Assembly (NCBI GenBank): GCA_029287615.1
Contig: JARFQV010000223.1
Coordinates: forward strand, 1-60,703
Direction of reading: 5' to 3'
Length of the DNA: 60,703 nt
From: Pseudomonadota bacterium
Lineage (GTDB): Bacteria > Pseudomonadota > Gammaproteobacteria > UBA9214
Shown: piece by piece, positions 1-9,862 of the stretch
Numbering within the stretch: the first letter of the stretch is position 1
Layout of the letters: each line of letters starts with the position of its first letter
The notes under the pieces: model-generated
Told to the model about the DNA's origin: nothing
Databases searched by the model: none
What the model saw: only the letters and a program-made list of their open reading frames with translations
Position numbers and translations under genes: made by a program

Positions 1-618
1 TCTTGGCCAGTATTCACCGGCATTATGGGCAATCGGTACCACCGGATAAGCCGATTGCTCTGCCAGCACAGCACCTCCAATCCGGTAACGGCCGACCGTG
101 CCCGGTGCAGTTCGGGTACCTTCGGGGAAGATCACGACACAACGTCCTCTCTTCAGTCGGGTGGTTCCATCGCGTACCAGCCGTTCTACGGCACGCCTGC
201 CTGCACCGCGGTCCAGTGCGATTGGCTCCATGGTGGCAAAGGCCCAGCCAAAAAACGGTAGCCACAACAATTCTCGTTTCGCAACCCATACCGTTCGGGG
301 GAAAAATATCTGTAGGGCGATGGTCTCCCAGGTAGACTGATGCTTGGAAAGTATGATGAAACTTCCTTCCGGTATATTCTCCGTACCCTGAATCTCGTAT
401 CCAAGCTTGCAGGTCTTCAGTAACCACCAGTTTGTGAATCTGCTCCAGAGAACCAGTAATTTGCTCCGGGTTTCAAAGGAAAATGGTGCCATGAACAAAA
501 TCACTAAAGACCACAAGACTATCGAGACAAGAAAAACGATCCAGAAGGCGAAAGAGCGTGCAAAGAGGATAGCCTTGCCGGGTAGTATTGCTTCGCCGTT
601 ATCTTCCCGTCTTTTCAT
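1..618 (-). CDS. plsC: 1-acyl-sn-glycerol-3-phosphate (lysophospholipid) acyltransferase; the 3-prime end runs off the window
   Basis: Absent from the ORF track because there is no stop in the window. My reverse-strand translation from the ATG at 618 reads MKRREDNGEAILPGKAILFARSFAFWIVFLVSIVLW...FIILSKHQSTWETIAL...RCVVIFPEGTRTAPGTVGRYRIGGAVLAEQSGYPVVPIAHNAGEYWP. It contains the acyltransferase H-x4-[DE] block (HQSTWE) and the FPEGTR block. Confidence 0.85.
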   Translation of the reverse strand, partial: MKRREDNGEAILPGKAILFARSFAFWIVFLVSIVLWSLVILFMAPFSFETRSKLLVLWSRFTNWWLLKTCKLGYEIQGTENIPEGSFIILSKHQSTWETIALQIFFPRTVWVAKRELLWLPFFGWAFATMEPIALDRGAGRRAVERLVRDGTTRLKRGRCVVIFPEGTRTAPGTVGRYRIGGAVLAEQSAYPVVPIAHNAGEYWPR

Positions 619-766
619 GTGACCAGGGTTTCCTGCCTCAGTATTGCAAACTACCTGTCTCGAATTGGTACATCAGTCCTGTATTGATCTGACCAGGTAT
701 CGCCGGATCAACAAACGATGCGGTTCCGGAAGCGCAGATTGTCCAGGATCGGATCCTGCCTGAGAA

Positions 767-1102
767 TCAGACATTCCTGAACTCAGATACACGGATGCGG
801 CCATTCACCATCCTTGATTTTCTTTTCATCAAGGCGTCCATTTTTTTCCAGAATGCATCACGCAGGTCGAAGTCTGCCGATATCGCGGTTCCGATCAGAA
901 GGATGAAAAGATCAGCGCATTCCTCGGACAATTGTTCCGTTGATTTACCCTTGGTTATGCATGACGATATTTCACCCAGTTCCTCGGTCATGAGCGCAAT
1001 GCGGTAGGGCAGATCCTCCCCGCCTGTATTGCTGAAATCATGCTTGTCATGAAATTCCTGGACTGATTTCAACATGGCCTCATAGGAATCATGCTTGTTC
1101 AT
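767..1102 (-). CDS. small MazG-type nucleoside-triphosphate pyrophosphohydrolase domain protein
   Basis: 111-aa ORF with a helical MazG-like pattern and acidic metal-binding helices (ALMTEELGEIS, EECADLFILLIG). Confidence 0.65.
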   Translation of the reverse strand: MNKHDSYEAMLKSVQEFHDKHDFSNTGGEDLPYRIALMTEELGEISSCITKGKSTEQLSEECADLFILLIGTAISADFDLRDAFWKKMDALMKRKSRMVNGRIRVSEFRNV

Positions 1103-1144
1103 GAAGATGCTCCATCTGACTATTGTGAACAGGTTTGCTTGAAT

Positions 1145-3217
1145 TCATTGCAGACGCGAAATGTCCGCGACCTGCAGAAACAGATTGCTGAGTGATTGAA
1201 GCAGAGCCAGTCTGTTGTCGCGCAGGTCTTCCTGATCCGCCATTACCAGTACCTTGTCGAAGAAATGATCCACGGGCTGTTTCAGTTCAGCAAGCAGGTA
1301 CAGGCCCCGGGTATAGTTGCCTTGCTCAAAAAGGGGACTGGCGGATTCAGCCAGCTGGGCAATCGCTGTCGCGAGTTCCTGTTCCGCCGTTTCCAGCAGC
1401 AAACCGGTATCGACTCTCGCGCTGACGGTCTGACCCGACTTGCGCAGTATATTGCGTATACGCTTGTTCGCAGCAGCAAGGCTCTCTGACTCGGGTAGTT
1501 GCTTGAATTCACTGACGGCCTTGATACGACGATCAAAGTCCAGTGGATTTGTCGGCTGGCGGGAGTGTACGGCATCGAAAACATCAGGCTTGATACCCGA
1601 ATCCAGGTAATAGCCACGTAACCTTTCCAATGCAAAACAGAGCACCTCGTCAATGATAGATTCTGCATCCAGTTGAGGAGGAAGATGTCTGGCGGCTTCC
1701 CTGAGCAATCTATCGAGATCGAGATCGAGTTGTCGCTCGATCATGATACGGAGTACACCCAGCGCCGAGCGGCGTAGTGCGAATGGATCCTTGTCACCGC
1801 TGGGTGGCTGACCGATGGCGAATATACCAACCAGGGTATCCAGGCGGTCCGCAATGGCCAGTGCCTGGCCGGTGCGGGTCGAAGGCAATTCATCACCAGC
1901 GAATCGCGGCTGGTACTGCTCATCCAGTGAGAGTGCTACCTCCTCGTTTTCGCCATCCAGTTGCGCATAGTAACGTCCCATGATTCCCTGCAGTTCCGGG
2001 AATTCATAAACCATGCTGGTCATCAGGTCACACTTTGACAGGGCACTGGCGCGCCTGGCGTTTTGCGGATCCCCTCCTGTCTGATCGGCGATAGACGAAG
2101 CGAGCTCGCCAATCCTGAGCTGCTTGTCGGCAAGGCTGCCCAGCTTGTCCTGAAAGACGACATGGCGTAGTCGGTCGACTCGCGAGGCCAGCGTTTGCTT
2201 ACGGTCCTGTTCCCAGAAGAAGGCGGCATCGGCCAGTCTGGGTCGAATAACCCGTTCATTGCCAATCCGCACCTGTTCCGGATCCAGACTGTCTATGTTG
2301 GAGACGGCAATGAAATGCGGCAAAAGCCTTTTATCACTGTCGAGAATGGGGAAATATTTCTGGTGTTCCTGCATGCTCGATATCAGTGCCTCTGCGGGTA
2401 TGTCCAGGAACCTTTCATCAAAGCTGCCAGGCAGGGCAACCGGCCACTCCACCAGGGCGGTGACTTCATTCAGCAGATCCTCTTCGATCTGTGTGGTGCC
2501 ACCCAGATCCCTGCCGATGTTTACGATCTGCTGGCGTATGGAATCACGGCGCTCGTTAAAGTCGGCCAGCACGCGTCCTCTGTTTTGCAGGCTGGTTGCA
2601 TAATCTGCAGGACTGTCCAGTGCGATGGAATCCGGATGATGGAAGCGATGGCCGCGTGTATGGCGGCCTGCGCTGATCCCCATGATCTCTGCCTCTATAA
2701 CCTCATTTCCGAACAGCAGGACCACCCAGTGTACCGGGCGGACAAACTCGACATCGCCCGCCCCCCAGCGCATCCGTTTCTGAACCGGCAGTGACTTGAG
2801 TGCGGATTCAATAATCTCCGGTAGCAGTTCTGCAGCCGGTTTACCGCGTTGAACGGAACGAAAGGCGAGCCAGCTACCCTTGTCTGTCTCTAGTCTTTCC
2901 AGGTCTTCTACGCTGACCCCGCAGGAGCGTGCAAAGCCTTCGGCAGGGCGGGTTGGATTGCCTGAATCATCATAGGCAGCCTTGAGGGCGGGTCCGCGAC
3001 GGATTGACTCCTGGTCCTTCTGAACCACATACAGGTCGCGAATCAGTACGGCGAGTCTGCGTGGTGTGGCAAAGTTCTGCATACCGGTTGAAGCGAGCCC
3101 GGCTTCTGTGAGGCGCTTCCGGATACCGGTGAGGAATGCATCGGCAAGTCGCTGCAGAGATTTGGGTGGCAGCTCTTCAGTGCCGATCTCGATCAACAGG
3201 TCACGCGTCTCGGCCAT
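1145..3217 (-). CDS. glyS: glycine--tRNA ligase beta subunit
   Basis: ORF 1145..3271, start trimmed to the ATG at 3217. [19 protein letters not shown] matches the conserved GlyS N-terminus. It overlaps the glyQ stop by 17 nt. Confidence 0.95.
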   Translation of the reverse strand: MAETRDLLIEIGTEELPPKSLQRLADAFLTGIRKRLTEAGLASTGMQNFATPRRLAVLIRDLYVVQKDQESIRRGPALKAAYDDSGNPTRPAEGFARSCGVSVEDLERLETDKGSWLAFRSVQRGKPAAELLPEIIESALKSLPVQKRMRWGAGDVEFVRPVHWVVLLFGNEVIEAEIMGISAGRHTRGHRFHHPDSIALDSPADYATSLQNRGRVLADFNERRDSIRQQIVNIGRDLGGTTQIEEDLLNEVTALVEWPVALPGSFDERFLDIPAEALISSMQEHQKYFPILDSDKRLLPHFIAVSNIDSLDPEQVRIGNERVIRPRLADAAFFWEQDRKQTLASRVDRLRHVVFQDKLGSLADKQLRIGELASSIADQTGGDPQNARRASALSKCDLMTSMVYEFPELQGIMGRYYAQLDGENEEVALSLDEQYQPRFAGDELPSTRTGQALAIADRLDTLVGIFAIGQPPSGDKDPFALRRSALGVLRIMIERQLDLDLDRLLREAARHLPPQLDAESIIDEVLCFALERLRGYYLDSGIKPDVFDAVHSRQPTNPLDFDRRIKAVSEFKQLPESESLAAANKRIRNILRKSGQTVSARVDTGLLLETAEQELATAIAQLAESASPLFEQGNYTRGLYLLAELKQPVDHFFDKVLVMADQEDLRDNRLALLQSLSNLFLQVADISRLQ

Positions 3218-4115
3218 GATGGTCTCCGCTACTGGCAAGCATAGGGAAACCAAGTGCCTCCCTGCGATCATAATAGGCGCGGGCTACAGAACGAGACAGC
3301 GTTCTGACTCGCAGTATATAGCGCTGTCTTTCGGTAACCGAGATTGCGTTACGCGCATCCAGCAGGTTGAATGTATGTGAGGCCTTGAGCGCCATTTCAT
3401 AGGCCGGTAGTGGCAGGTTTGCCTCGATCAGCCGCTGGCTTTCCCGTTCGCAGGTATCGAACCAGGCGAACAGATCATCCGTGCAGGCATAATCGAAATT
3501 GTAGGCGGACATCTCCACCTCGTTCTGATGGAATACATCACGGTAGGTAACGGGTCCCGTGTCGCTATCGGTCCATACAAGATCAAATACACTTTCGACG
3601 CCCTGCAGATAGAGGGCGATGCGTTCCAGCCCATAGGTGATTTCGCCGGTTACCGGGCGACACTCCAGACCACCCACCTGCTGAAAATAGGTAAACTGGG
3701 TGACCTCCATGCCATTCAGCCATACCTCCCATCCCAGGCCCCAGGCACCCAGGGTAGGGGATTCCCAATTATCCTCCACGAAGCGGATATCGTGGACCAT
3801 TGGATCGAAACCCAGTGCGCGGAGCGAATCCAGATAGAGCGTCTGGATGTCGAGTGGTGAGGGTTTCAGGACCACCTGAAACTGATAGTAATGCTGCAGC
3901 CGGTTTGGATTTTCCCCGTAGCGCCCGTCTTTGGGTCGCCGTGAAGGTTGTACATAGGATGCCCGCCAGGGTTCCGGTCCGATCGCGCGCAGAAAGGTCG
4001 CCGGATGAAATGTACCGGCACCTACCTCCATGTCATAGGGTTGCAGGATGACACATCCCTGATCAGCCCAGTATGACTGCAGTGAAAGGATCAGGTCCTG
4101 AAAGGTAGTTGGCAC
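3201..4115 (-). CDS. glyQ: glycine--tRNA ligase alpha subunit
   Basis: ORF 3201..4220. The conserved GlyQ N-terminus ([35 protein letters not shown]) begins 3 residues after an in-frame GTG at 4115, which has AGGA 8 nt upstream. The upstream part of the ORF ([19 protein letters not shown]) looks non-coding. Confidence 0.93.
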   Translation of the reverse strand: MPTTFQDLILSLQSYWADQGCVILQPYDMEVGAGTFHPATFLRAIGPEPWRASYVQPSRRPKDGRYGENPNRLQHYYQFQVVLKPSPLDIQTLYLDSLRALGFDPMVHDIRFVEDNWESPTLGAWGLGWEVWLNGMEVTQFTYFQQVGGLECRPVTGEITYGLERIALYLQGVESVFDLVWTDSDTGPVTYRDVFHQNEVEMSAYNFDYACTDDLFAWFDTCERESQRLIEANLPLPAYEMALKASHTFNLLDARNAISVTERQRYILRVRTLSRSVARAYYDRREALGFPMLASSGDHHGRDA

Positions 4116-4638
4116 GTCGGGAATCCTGTGGAGTAGATTTTCTGGTAAGTGGAGGGGACTATCGCAGCAGCAGGCCCGGGTCGGGTATGGATTTCCCCCG
4201 AGGCGCCGGCTGTACCGCAAAATACTCCCTGAAATATTTTATATTACAACTAGTTAAAAAATAATTTCCGCACCCGAACGATCACTGTATGGATCAAGGA
4301 ATACGCTGTGTTATGCACAGTTCGCCCTTTCTTTCTGCTCTTGAGGAATCTCCGGGCGCCTGATCGGGCGAGTATAACGTGCAGGCTGGCAAATTTCCTT
4401 ACCTGGTGGCCTGATCAGGGCGCATGGTTGACGAAAATCCGTCTAGCAGCTTGAATGGTAGTCAGGTAGAGCAATTTGCGAGATGCTGTACAGACATAAT
4501 TAAAGGGTTCATCAGGGACTGTCGACATGTTACGGGAGTCTATCGGCCCCGGTGATACGCGCATGTTTCATCCCGGATCCAATACCGGATGAGATACCGG
4601 AGCACGGGAACGGTCTGATATTCACAGCGGGGTATGCC

Positions 4639-5211
4639 ATGAAGCAGCTAGTTCTGGAGCCCACAACGCAGGCACAATGGCGGTTACTGGTCCATGAGGC
4701 ACAGTCGGTTTGTGCACGCAGGTTGGACGAGGTGCTGGAAAGCTACCTGGTATTTCTTTTGATGCGCTTTACCGACAAACCGGAATTCACGGCCAGGATT
4801 ATGGCGAAGGAGTTCCTGCACAGCCAGAATAGCAGTGGGCGTAAACAGGTCGATCAGCTGAGGGATGTCGGTGACCAATGCCTGCTGTTTTCCGGTTTGT
4901 TTCCCCAACTGGCTGAAAAAAGGCTCGTGCGAATCAGCTATTATGTCAATCTCGGAAAGTCCTCCTACCACCAGCTCTCCGGGTTGCTGGATCGCGGCAG
5001 CGCCATGGTCTACAGTCACCTGTCGGAGGCATTTGTGGTGCTGATGGATATCCTGCAGGCCATGCGTGAACTGGGTGGCGAAAGGGTGTTGACTCCCTTG
5101 CAGGCAATGGAACTCTGGGAAGATACAGGAAGTGAGCGTGCCTATCACGCCGTTTGTACCCGGACTGACAGTATCCCGATCCCGATAACCGGGAACACAT
5201 CCCGGCACTGA
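4639..5211 (+). CDS. hypothetical helical protein, family not recognised
   Basis: ORF 4552..5211 starts at a GTG; the first in-frame ATG is 4639 (MKQLVLEPTTQAQWRLL). Composition is protein-like, unlike the antisense ORFs 4684..5208 and 4946..5278. I recognise no motif. Confidence 0.55.
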   Translation: MKQLVLEPTTQAQWRLLVHEAQSVCARRLDEVLESYLVFLLMRFTDKPEFTARIMAKEFLHSQNSSGRKQVDQLRDVGDQCLLFSGLFPQLAEKRLVRISYYVNLGKSSYHQLSGLLDRGSAMVYSHLSEAFVVLMDILQAMRELGGERVLTPLQAMELWEDTGSERAYHAVCTRTDSIPIPITGNTSRH

Positions 5212-5313
5212 GCAAGACGTGTGGTCTCCAGCACGGGCGGGTCAGTACAACTGGCTGTCCGGCTTCGGTTACAATCATCTCCTGGTAACCTCATATCCCG
5301 GTAGGAACCGATA

Positions 5314-6357
5314 ATGTCACAGCCACGCAAAGCTGTTGCCCTGATCTCTGGCGGCCTGGATTCCATGCTTGCCGCCAGGGTTGTTATGGAGCAAGGCGTG
5401 CATGTGGAGGGCATAAATTTCTTCACAGGGTTCTGTGTCGAGGGGCATACGCATGCGATTCGCAAAAAAGACCGTTCAAGGCCCAAGCGCAATAATGCAC
5501 TGTGGGTTGCAGAGCAACTCGGAATAAAGCTGCACATCGTCGATGTCATCGACGAGTACAAGGCAATCGTGCTGAATCCGCAGCATGGATATGGCGCCAA
5601 TCTGAATCCGTGTCTGGATTGCAAGATCTTCATGGTTAACAGGGCACATGAGTGGATGCAATCAAATGGCTTCGATTTCATCATTACCGGGGAGGTGATC
5701 GGTCAGCGGCCCAAGTCACAGCGACGCGATACCATGCCGGTTATCGCCAGGGAATCCGGTGTCGGTGAGTATCTCGTTCGTCCTCTCTGTGCGCGCAATC
5801 TGCCGGAGACGATCCCTGAAAGGGAGGGTTGGCTGGATCGTGAGAAACTGCATGATTTCAGCGGCAGATCACGCAAGCCGCAGATCAGGCTCGCGAGCAG
5901 TTTTGGCTTCGAAGATTACGCACAGCCGGCAGGGGGCTGCTGTTTTCTGACCGACAGGCAATACGCGGTCAAACTTGAAGACCTGTGGAGCACGCGTGGC
6001 ACGCGGGACTATGAACTGGACGATATCATGTTACTGAAGGTCGGGCGCCATCTGCGACCGCGGCCCCACTTCAAACTGATTATTGCACGTGAAGAAGGCG
6101 AGTGCCGTTTCCTGGAGGGTTATCGAAAGCAATTCACACACTTCATCACTCTCAGCCACAGCGGACCGCTGGCCCTGCTGGATGGCAATGCCGACAGTGA
6201 TGATCTACAACTGGCTGCCCGTCTGATAGCGCGTTTCAGTCAGGGACGGGATGCCGATCAGGTCAGCGTACAGATCACAGGTACCGATGGCGAGTCAAGG
6301 GTGATCGAGGTGGCACCCCTGTCCTCCGCTGAGATACCTGAGGAGTGGTACGTGTGA
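5314..6357 (+). CDS. PP-loop ATP pyrophosphatase of the ThiI/MnmA tRNA-thiolation type, lacking THUMP and rhodanese domains
   Basis: PP-loop SGGLDS at residues 12-17. A NPCLDCK (C-x2-C) block sits about 100 residues in. KPQIRLASSFGFEDYAQPAGGCCFLTD resembles the K-x2-[IV]R-x-A...CC[TF]LF block of ThiI/MnmA. The C-terminal ~120 aa are unassigned. Confidence 0.75.
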   Translation: MSQPRKAVALISGGLDSMLAARVVMEQGVHVEGINFFTGFCVEGHTHAIRKKDRSRPKRNNALWVAEQLGIKLHIVDVIDEYKAIVLNPQHGYGANLNPCLDCKIFMVNRAHEWMQSNGFDFIITGEVIGQRPKSQRRDTMPVIARESGVGEYLVRPLCARNLPETIPEREGWLDREKLHDFSGRSRKPQIRLASSFGFEDYAQPAGGCCFLTDRQYAVKLEDLWSTRGTRDYELDDIMLLKVGRHLRPRPHFKLIIAREEGECRFLEGYRKQFTHFITLSHSGPLALLDGNADSDDLQLAARLIARFSQGRDADQVSVQITGTDGESRVIEVAPLSSAEIPEEWYV

Positions 6358-6359
6358 CG

Positions 6360-6587
6360 ATGAAGGTTGTTGATGCTCGCAATATTCTTTGTCCTCTACC
6401 GGTCATACGAACCCAGGATGCAGTGAATACCCTTCAACGGGGTGACTCATTACGGGTGCTATGTACCGATCCCGGCGCTACCGTGGATATTCCGACCTGG
6501 TGTCGCATTAATGGTCACAGGGTCGTCGATACCCAGGAACGGGAAGGACAGATTACGATTACCATAGAGGTCGGTGACAGCGATTGA
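6360..6587 (+). CDS. TusA/SirA-family sulfur carrier protein
   Basis: ORF 6345..6587, trimmed to the ATG at 6360 (MKVVDARNILCPLPVIRTQ). It has the C-P-x-P active-site motif. The ATG lies 2 nt after the TGA of the PP-loop gene. Confidence 0.85.
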   Translation: MKVVDARNILCPLPVIRTQDAVNTLQRGDSLRVLCTDPGATVDIPTWCRINGHRVVDTQEREGQITITIEVGDSD

Positions 6588-6721
6588 AGCTTGTCCTGCA
6601 AGTGACCTTTTCATCTTGTATTATATGCTTGCATACCAGGGTAAATAATACCCAGCGCAGATCATCACGCTTGCAATCACGGTCGTACTGAACGATCTGC
6701 ATTACCCCACTGAACAATCCA

Positions 6722-7882
6722 ATGAGTAGCCATACCCATATACCACCAGTAAATGACGCAAGATACCGTGAGGTGCGAAATGTAACCCTGGTGGGTTCTG
6801 TCGTTGACCTGTTGCTGGGTATTGCCAAGATTATTGTTGGATTTACAGCCCATTCACAGTCCCTGATCGCAGACGGCTTCCATTCGCTGTCCGATCTGGG
6901 TACGGATCTGATGGTGCTGTTCGCTGCGAGGCACTCTCACCGTGCTGCCGATGCAGAGCATCCTTACGGACACGGCAGGATTGAAACCGTTGCCACGGTA
7001 TTGCTTGGGATAGCACTGTTTGCAGTCGCAGCAGGTATCAGCTTCGATGCCGTCAGACGACTTTTTCAACCCGAACTGCTGCTGCAACCGGAACCGATGG
7101 CTATCGTTATAGCGATCATCTCCGTGATTGCCAAGGAAGCGATCTATCAGTACACCGTCCGGGCGGCCAGGCGCCTGCGTTCGAACATGTTGCACGCCAA
7201 TGCATGGCACAGTCGATCCGATGCTATTTCATCCATAATCGTGGTTATCGGGGTAACCGGGACAATGTACGGGTTGCCTTACCTCGACGCTATTGCCGCA
7301 GTCGGGGTATCGCTGATGATCATCAAGATTGGTTGGGATCTCATGTGGTCCAGTATGCAGGAATTAATCGATACGGCTCTGGATGCCGGAGAGGTGAGCG
7401 CGATACGCGATGCCATCATGGAAGTAAACGGGGTGCAGGCATTGCATATGCTGCGCACAAGGCGCAGCGGCAGTGATGCCCTGGTCGATGTTCATCTTCT
7501 GGTCGACGGAGCGCTCAGCGTGTCGGAAGGACACCAGATCGGGGAGTCGGTACGCGGCAGGCTGATGAATGATTTTGATGAAATCACTGATGTCACGGTC
7601 CATATCGATCCGGAGGATGATGAAAGGAATTCACCCTGTCATGACCTGCCAATGCGCGAGGACATGTTGCTGCGCCTGAAGGAGCAATGGAAAGGACTTG
7701 ATACCGGTGATGCCATTGAAAAGGTCATCATTCACTACCTGGGAGGCAAGGTTCACCTGGAGCTGGTGCTCTCACGCAAGGCGATACCGGAAGCCACAAG
7801 ACAGGGCATCACAGAATCCCTCATTGAGGCGGCGAAGCGACTGGACGAAGTTGGTGACGTAAAGGTATACATTCATTGGTAG
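6722..7882 (+). CDS. cation diffusion facilitator (CDF) family metal efflux transporter
   Basis: HSQSLIADGFHSLSDLGTDL and HPYGHGRIE motifs, six hydrophobic segments, and a C-terminal cytoplasmic domain with an extra ~90-aa tail. Confidence 0.88.
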   Translation: MSSHTHIPPVNDARYREVRNVTLVGSVVDLLLGIAKIIVGFTAHSQSLIADGFHSLSDLGTDLMVLFAARHSHRAADAEHPYGHGRIETVATVLLGIALFAVAAGISFDAVRRLFQPELLLQPEPMAIVIAIISVIAKEAIYQYTVRAARRLRSNMLHANAWHSRSDAISSIIVVIGVTGTMYGLPYLDAIAAVGVSLMIIKIGWDLMWSSMQELIDTALDAGEVSAIRDAIMEVNGVQALHMLRTRRSGSDALVDVHLLVDGALSVSEGHQIGESVRGRLMNDFDEITDVTVHIDPEDDERNSPCHDLPMREDMLLRLKEQWKGLDTGDAIEKVIIHYLGGKVHLELVLSRKAIPEATRQGITESLIEAAKRLDEVGDVKVYIHW

Positions 7883-7887
7883 TGATT

Positions 7888-7934
7888 TGCACTAAAGTGG
7901 GGCATTTTGTGGTGATTTGCACCGCCTGTGTGCG
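7888..7934 (+). promoter_or_regulatory. two tandem NtrC-type enhancer boxes upstream of glnA
   Basis: TGCACTAAAGTGGGGCA (7888-7904) matches 12 of 14 defined positions of TGCACCA-N3-TGGTGCA. TGCACCGCCTGTGTGCG (7918-7934) matches 10 of 14. Both are embedded in an 11-nt direct repeat GTGATTTGCAC spaced 30 bp apart. Confidence 0.5.
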
Positions 7935-8163
7935 CGATGATGGCGGTCTAGTCCGTGGGAACGGCTGGGATAAGGATTGGCCAGGATATTTCACCAACTA
8001 CGCTCTGATCTCGCAGGATATTGGTTAAAAAAGAAAATTATCACAGCTGCGAGGTAACGGTAATACTGGCGGTTTGATCGTTTATTTCTATCTAAATCAA
8101 TAGATTAGTATGATTTTCCGAGATCTGCGGATTTCCCGGCTTGGTTGTATAGATGCGGCACTG

Positions 8164-8179
8164 TGGCATAATTCGTGCT
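8164..8179 (+). promoter_or_regulatory. sigma-54 (-24/-12) promoter for glnA
   Basis: TGGCATAATTCGTGCT: GG at 8165-8166 and GC at 8177-8178 have the canonical spacing of TGGCAC-N5-TTGC. It lies about 85 nt upstream of the glnA ATG. Confidence 0.7.
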
Positions 8180-8261
8180 TCCTTTCTGGGGAACCCGATT
8201 TTTTGCCGGCCATCCAAGAGGTGGACGGCTGAACACTGTAATCCGATTTGGAGGAGAGTAC

Positions 8262-9671
8262 ATGTCTGCAACGAAAGTATTGAAAATGATCAAGGATAAC
8301 GAAGTCAAATTCATCGATTTTCGTTTTACGGATACCCGCGGCAAGGAACAGCATGTAACCGTTCCGTCTCACACGATTGACAACTCTACCTTCAAGGAAG
8401 GAAAGATGTTTGATGGTTCCAGCATCAGTGGCTGGAAGGGTATCAACGAATCGGACATGATCCTGATGCCGGATACCGATACGGCAGTAATGGATCTGTT
8501 CAGCGATGAATCAACACTGAATCTGCGCTGTGACATCCTGGAACCGACAACCATGACCGGATATGAGCGTGATCCCCGCTCGCTGGCCAAGCGCGCCGAG
8601 GCCTACCTGAAATCGACGGGTGTGGCCGATACGGCCTTTTTCGGGCCGGAGAACGAATTCTTCATCCTCGATGATGTGCGCTGGGGAGCCGACATGGGCG
8701 GTGCCTTTTACAAGGTGGATTCGGAAGAGGCCTCATGGAACTCGGAGCGGGTATTCGAGGATGGCAATATCGGTCATCGCCCGACTGTGAAGGGCGGATA
8801 CTTCCCGGTGCCGCCTGTGGACTCACTGCATGACATGCGCTCGGCAATGTGCCTGGCACTCGACGAGATGGGCACCAAGTCGGAAGTACATCATCATGAG
8901 GTCGCCACGGCCGGCCAGTGCGAGATCGGGGTAGAGTTCAATACGCTGGTACGCAAGGCGGATGAAGTTCAGATCCTGAAATATGTGATCATGAATGTGG
9001 CCCACAGTTACGGGAAGACAGCAACCTTCATGCCGAAGCCACTGGTGGGTGATAATGGTAACGGCATGCATGTCCACCAGTCACTGGCGAAAAAGGGCAA
9101 GAATCTGTTTAGCGGTAACAAGTATGGTGGCCTGTCCCAGCAGGCCCTGTATTACATCGGCGGTATCATCAAGCATGCGCGCTGCATCAACGCCTTCGCC
9201 AATGCAAGCACCAACAGCTACAAGCGACTGGTGCCTGGATTCGAGGCACCGGTCATGCTGGCCTACTCGGCGCGCAACCGCTCCGCATCGATCCGCATCC
9301 CCTTTGTCGCCAATCCCAAGGCACGCCGTATCGAGGTCAGGTTTCCCGACTCAACAGCCAATCCCTATCTGGCCTTCTCCGCCATGTTGATGGCGGGACT
9401 GGATGGTATTCAGAACAAGATCGATCCGGGCGATTCCATGGACAAGGACCTCTACGACCTGCCTCCGGAAGAAGAGGCAAAGATCCCGCAGGTGTGCTGT
9501 TCTTTCGAAGAGGCCCTGGAGGCGCTGGACAAGGATCGCAAGTTCCTCAAGGAGGGTGGCGTTTTCACGGATGATGTAATTGATGGATACATCGATCTCA
9601 AGATGGATGAAGTGACCAGGCTGCGCATGACGACCCATCCTGTGGAATTCGACATGTATTACAGTCTGTAG
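8262..9671 (+). CDS. glnA: glutamine synthetase type I
   Basis: ORF 8175..9671, trimmed to the ATG at 8262, which is preceded by [40 protein letters not shown] is a typical N-terminus. The adenylylation-site context [10 protein letters not shown] is present. Confidence 0.96.
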   Translation: MSATKVLKMIKDNEVKFIDFRFTDTRGKEQHVTVPSHTIDNSTFKEGKMFDGSSISGWKGINESDMILMPDTDTAVMDLFSDESTLNLRCDILEPTTMTGYERDPRSLAKRAEAYLKSTGVADTAFFGPENEFFILDDVRWGADMGGAFYKVDSEEASWNSERVFEDGNIGHRPTVKGGYFPVPPVDSLHDMRSAMCLALDEMGTKSEVHHHEVATAGQCEIGVEFNTLVRKADEVQILKYVIMNVAHSYGKTATFMPKPLVGDNGNGMHVHQSLAKKGKNLFSGNKYGGLSQQALYYIGGIIKHARCINAFANASTNSYKRLVPGFEAPVMLAYSARNRSASIRIPFVANPKARRIEVRFPDSTANPYLAFSAMLMAGLDGIQNKIDPGDSMDKDLYDLPPEEEAKIPQVCCSFEEALEALDKDRKFLKEGGVFTDDVIDGYIDLKMDEVTRLRMTTHPVEFDMYYSL

Positions 9672-9699
9672 GCTGATTCTGTTCAGAACACTCAGATAG

Positions 9700-9727
9700 C
9701 GCCCCCTGTTCAGGGGGCGTTTTTTTT
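9700..9727 (+). terminator. intrinsic terminator after glnA
   Basis: CGCCCCCTG/CAGGGGGCG GC-rich stem followed by eight T residues (9720-9727). Confidence 0.85.
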
Positions 9728-9862
9728 CACCCGGATTTCTCATCGCGCCACCCGGTTAATGCCGGGCTGTTTCGTGGAGAAATTGCCCGCAACCCAGACA
9801 GGTGGTAGCGATGAGCCGACAGGGTGTATTGCATCTATTCCTGATCCTGATATGGTAAAAGG

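Noticed and set aside
3-622. Several ORFs at the left edge on both strands (3..335, 25..261, 98..340, 23..427, 186..404, 407..622).
   Set aside because: They are all frame or strand shadows of the unlisted plsC reading frame (1..618, minus), which alone carries recognisable acyltransferase motifs. Their sequences are Arg/Pro/Cys-rich and not protein-like.
2195-2794. 199-aa plus-strand ORF (and 2259..2603) inside glyS.
   Set aside because: It is antisense to a well-supported glyS gene. It has no motifs, and its composition is typical of shadow ORFs.
8097-8372. Minus-strand ORFs 8097..8372 and 8105..8344 in the glnA leader and 5-prime region, and the long N-terminal extensions of the glnA, trmL, hemD, lysA, argH, DUF971, secB and glyS ORFs.
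   Set aside because: The conserved protein N-termini begin at internal ATG or GTG codons with ribosome-binding sites. The extensions overlap upstream genes or promoters and are not protein-like.
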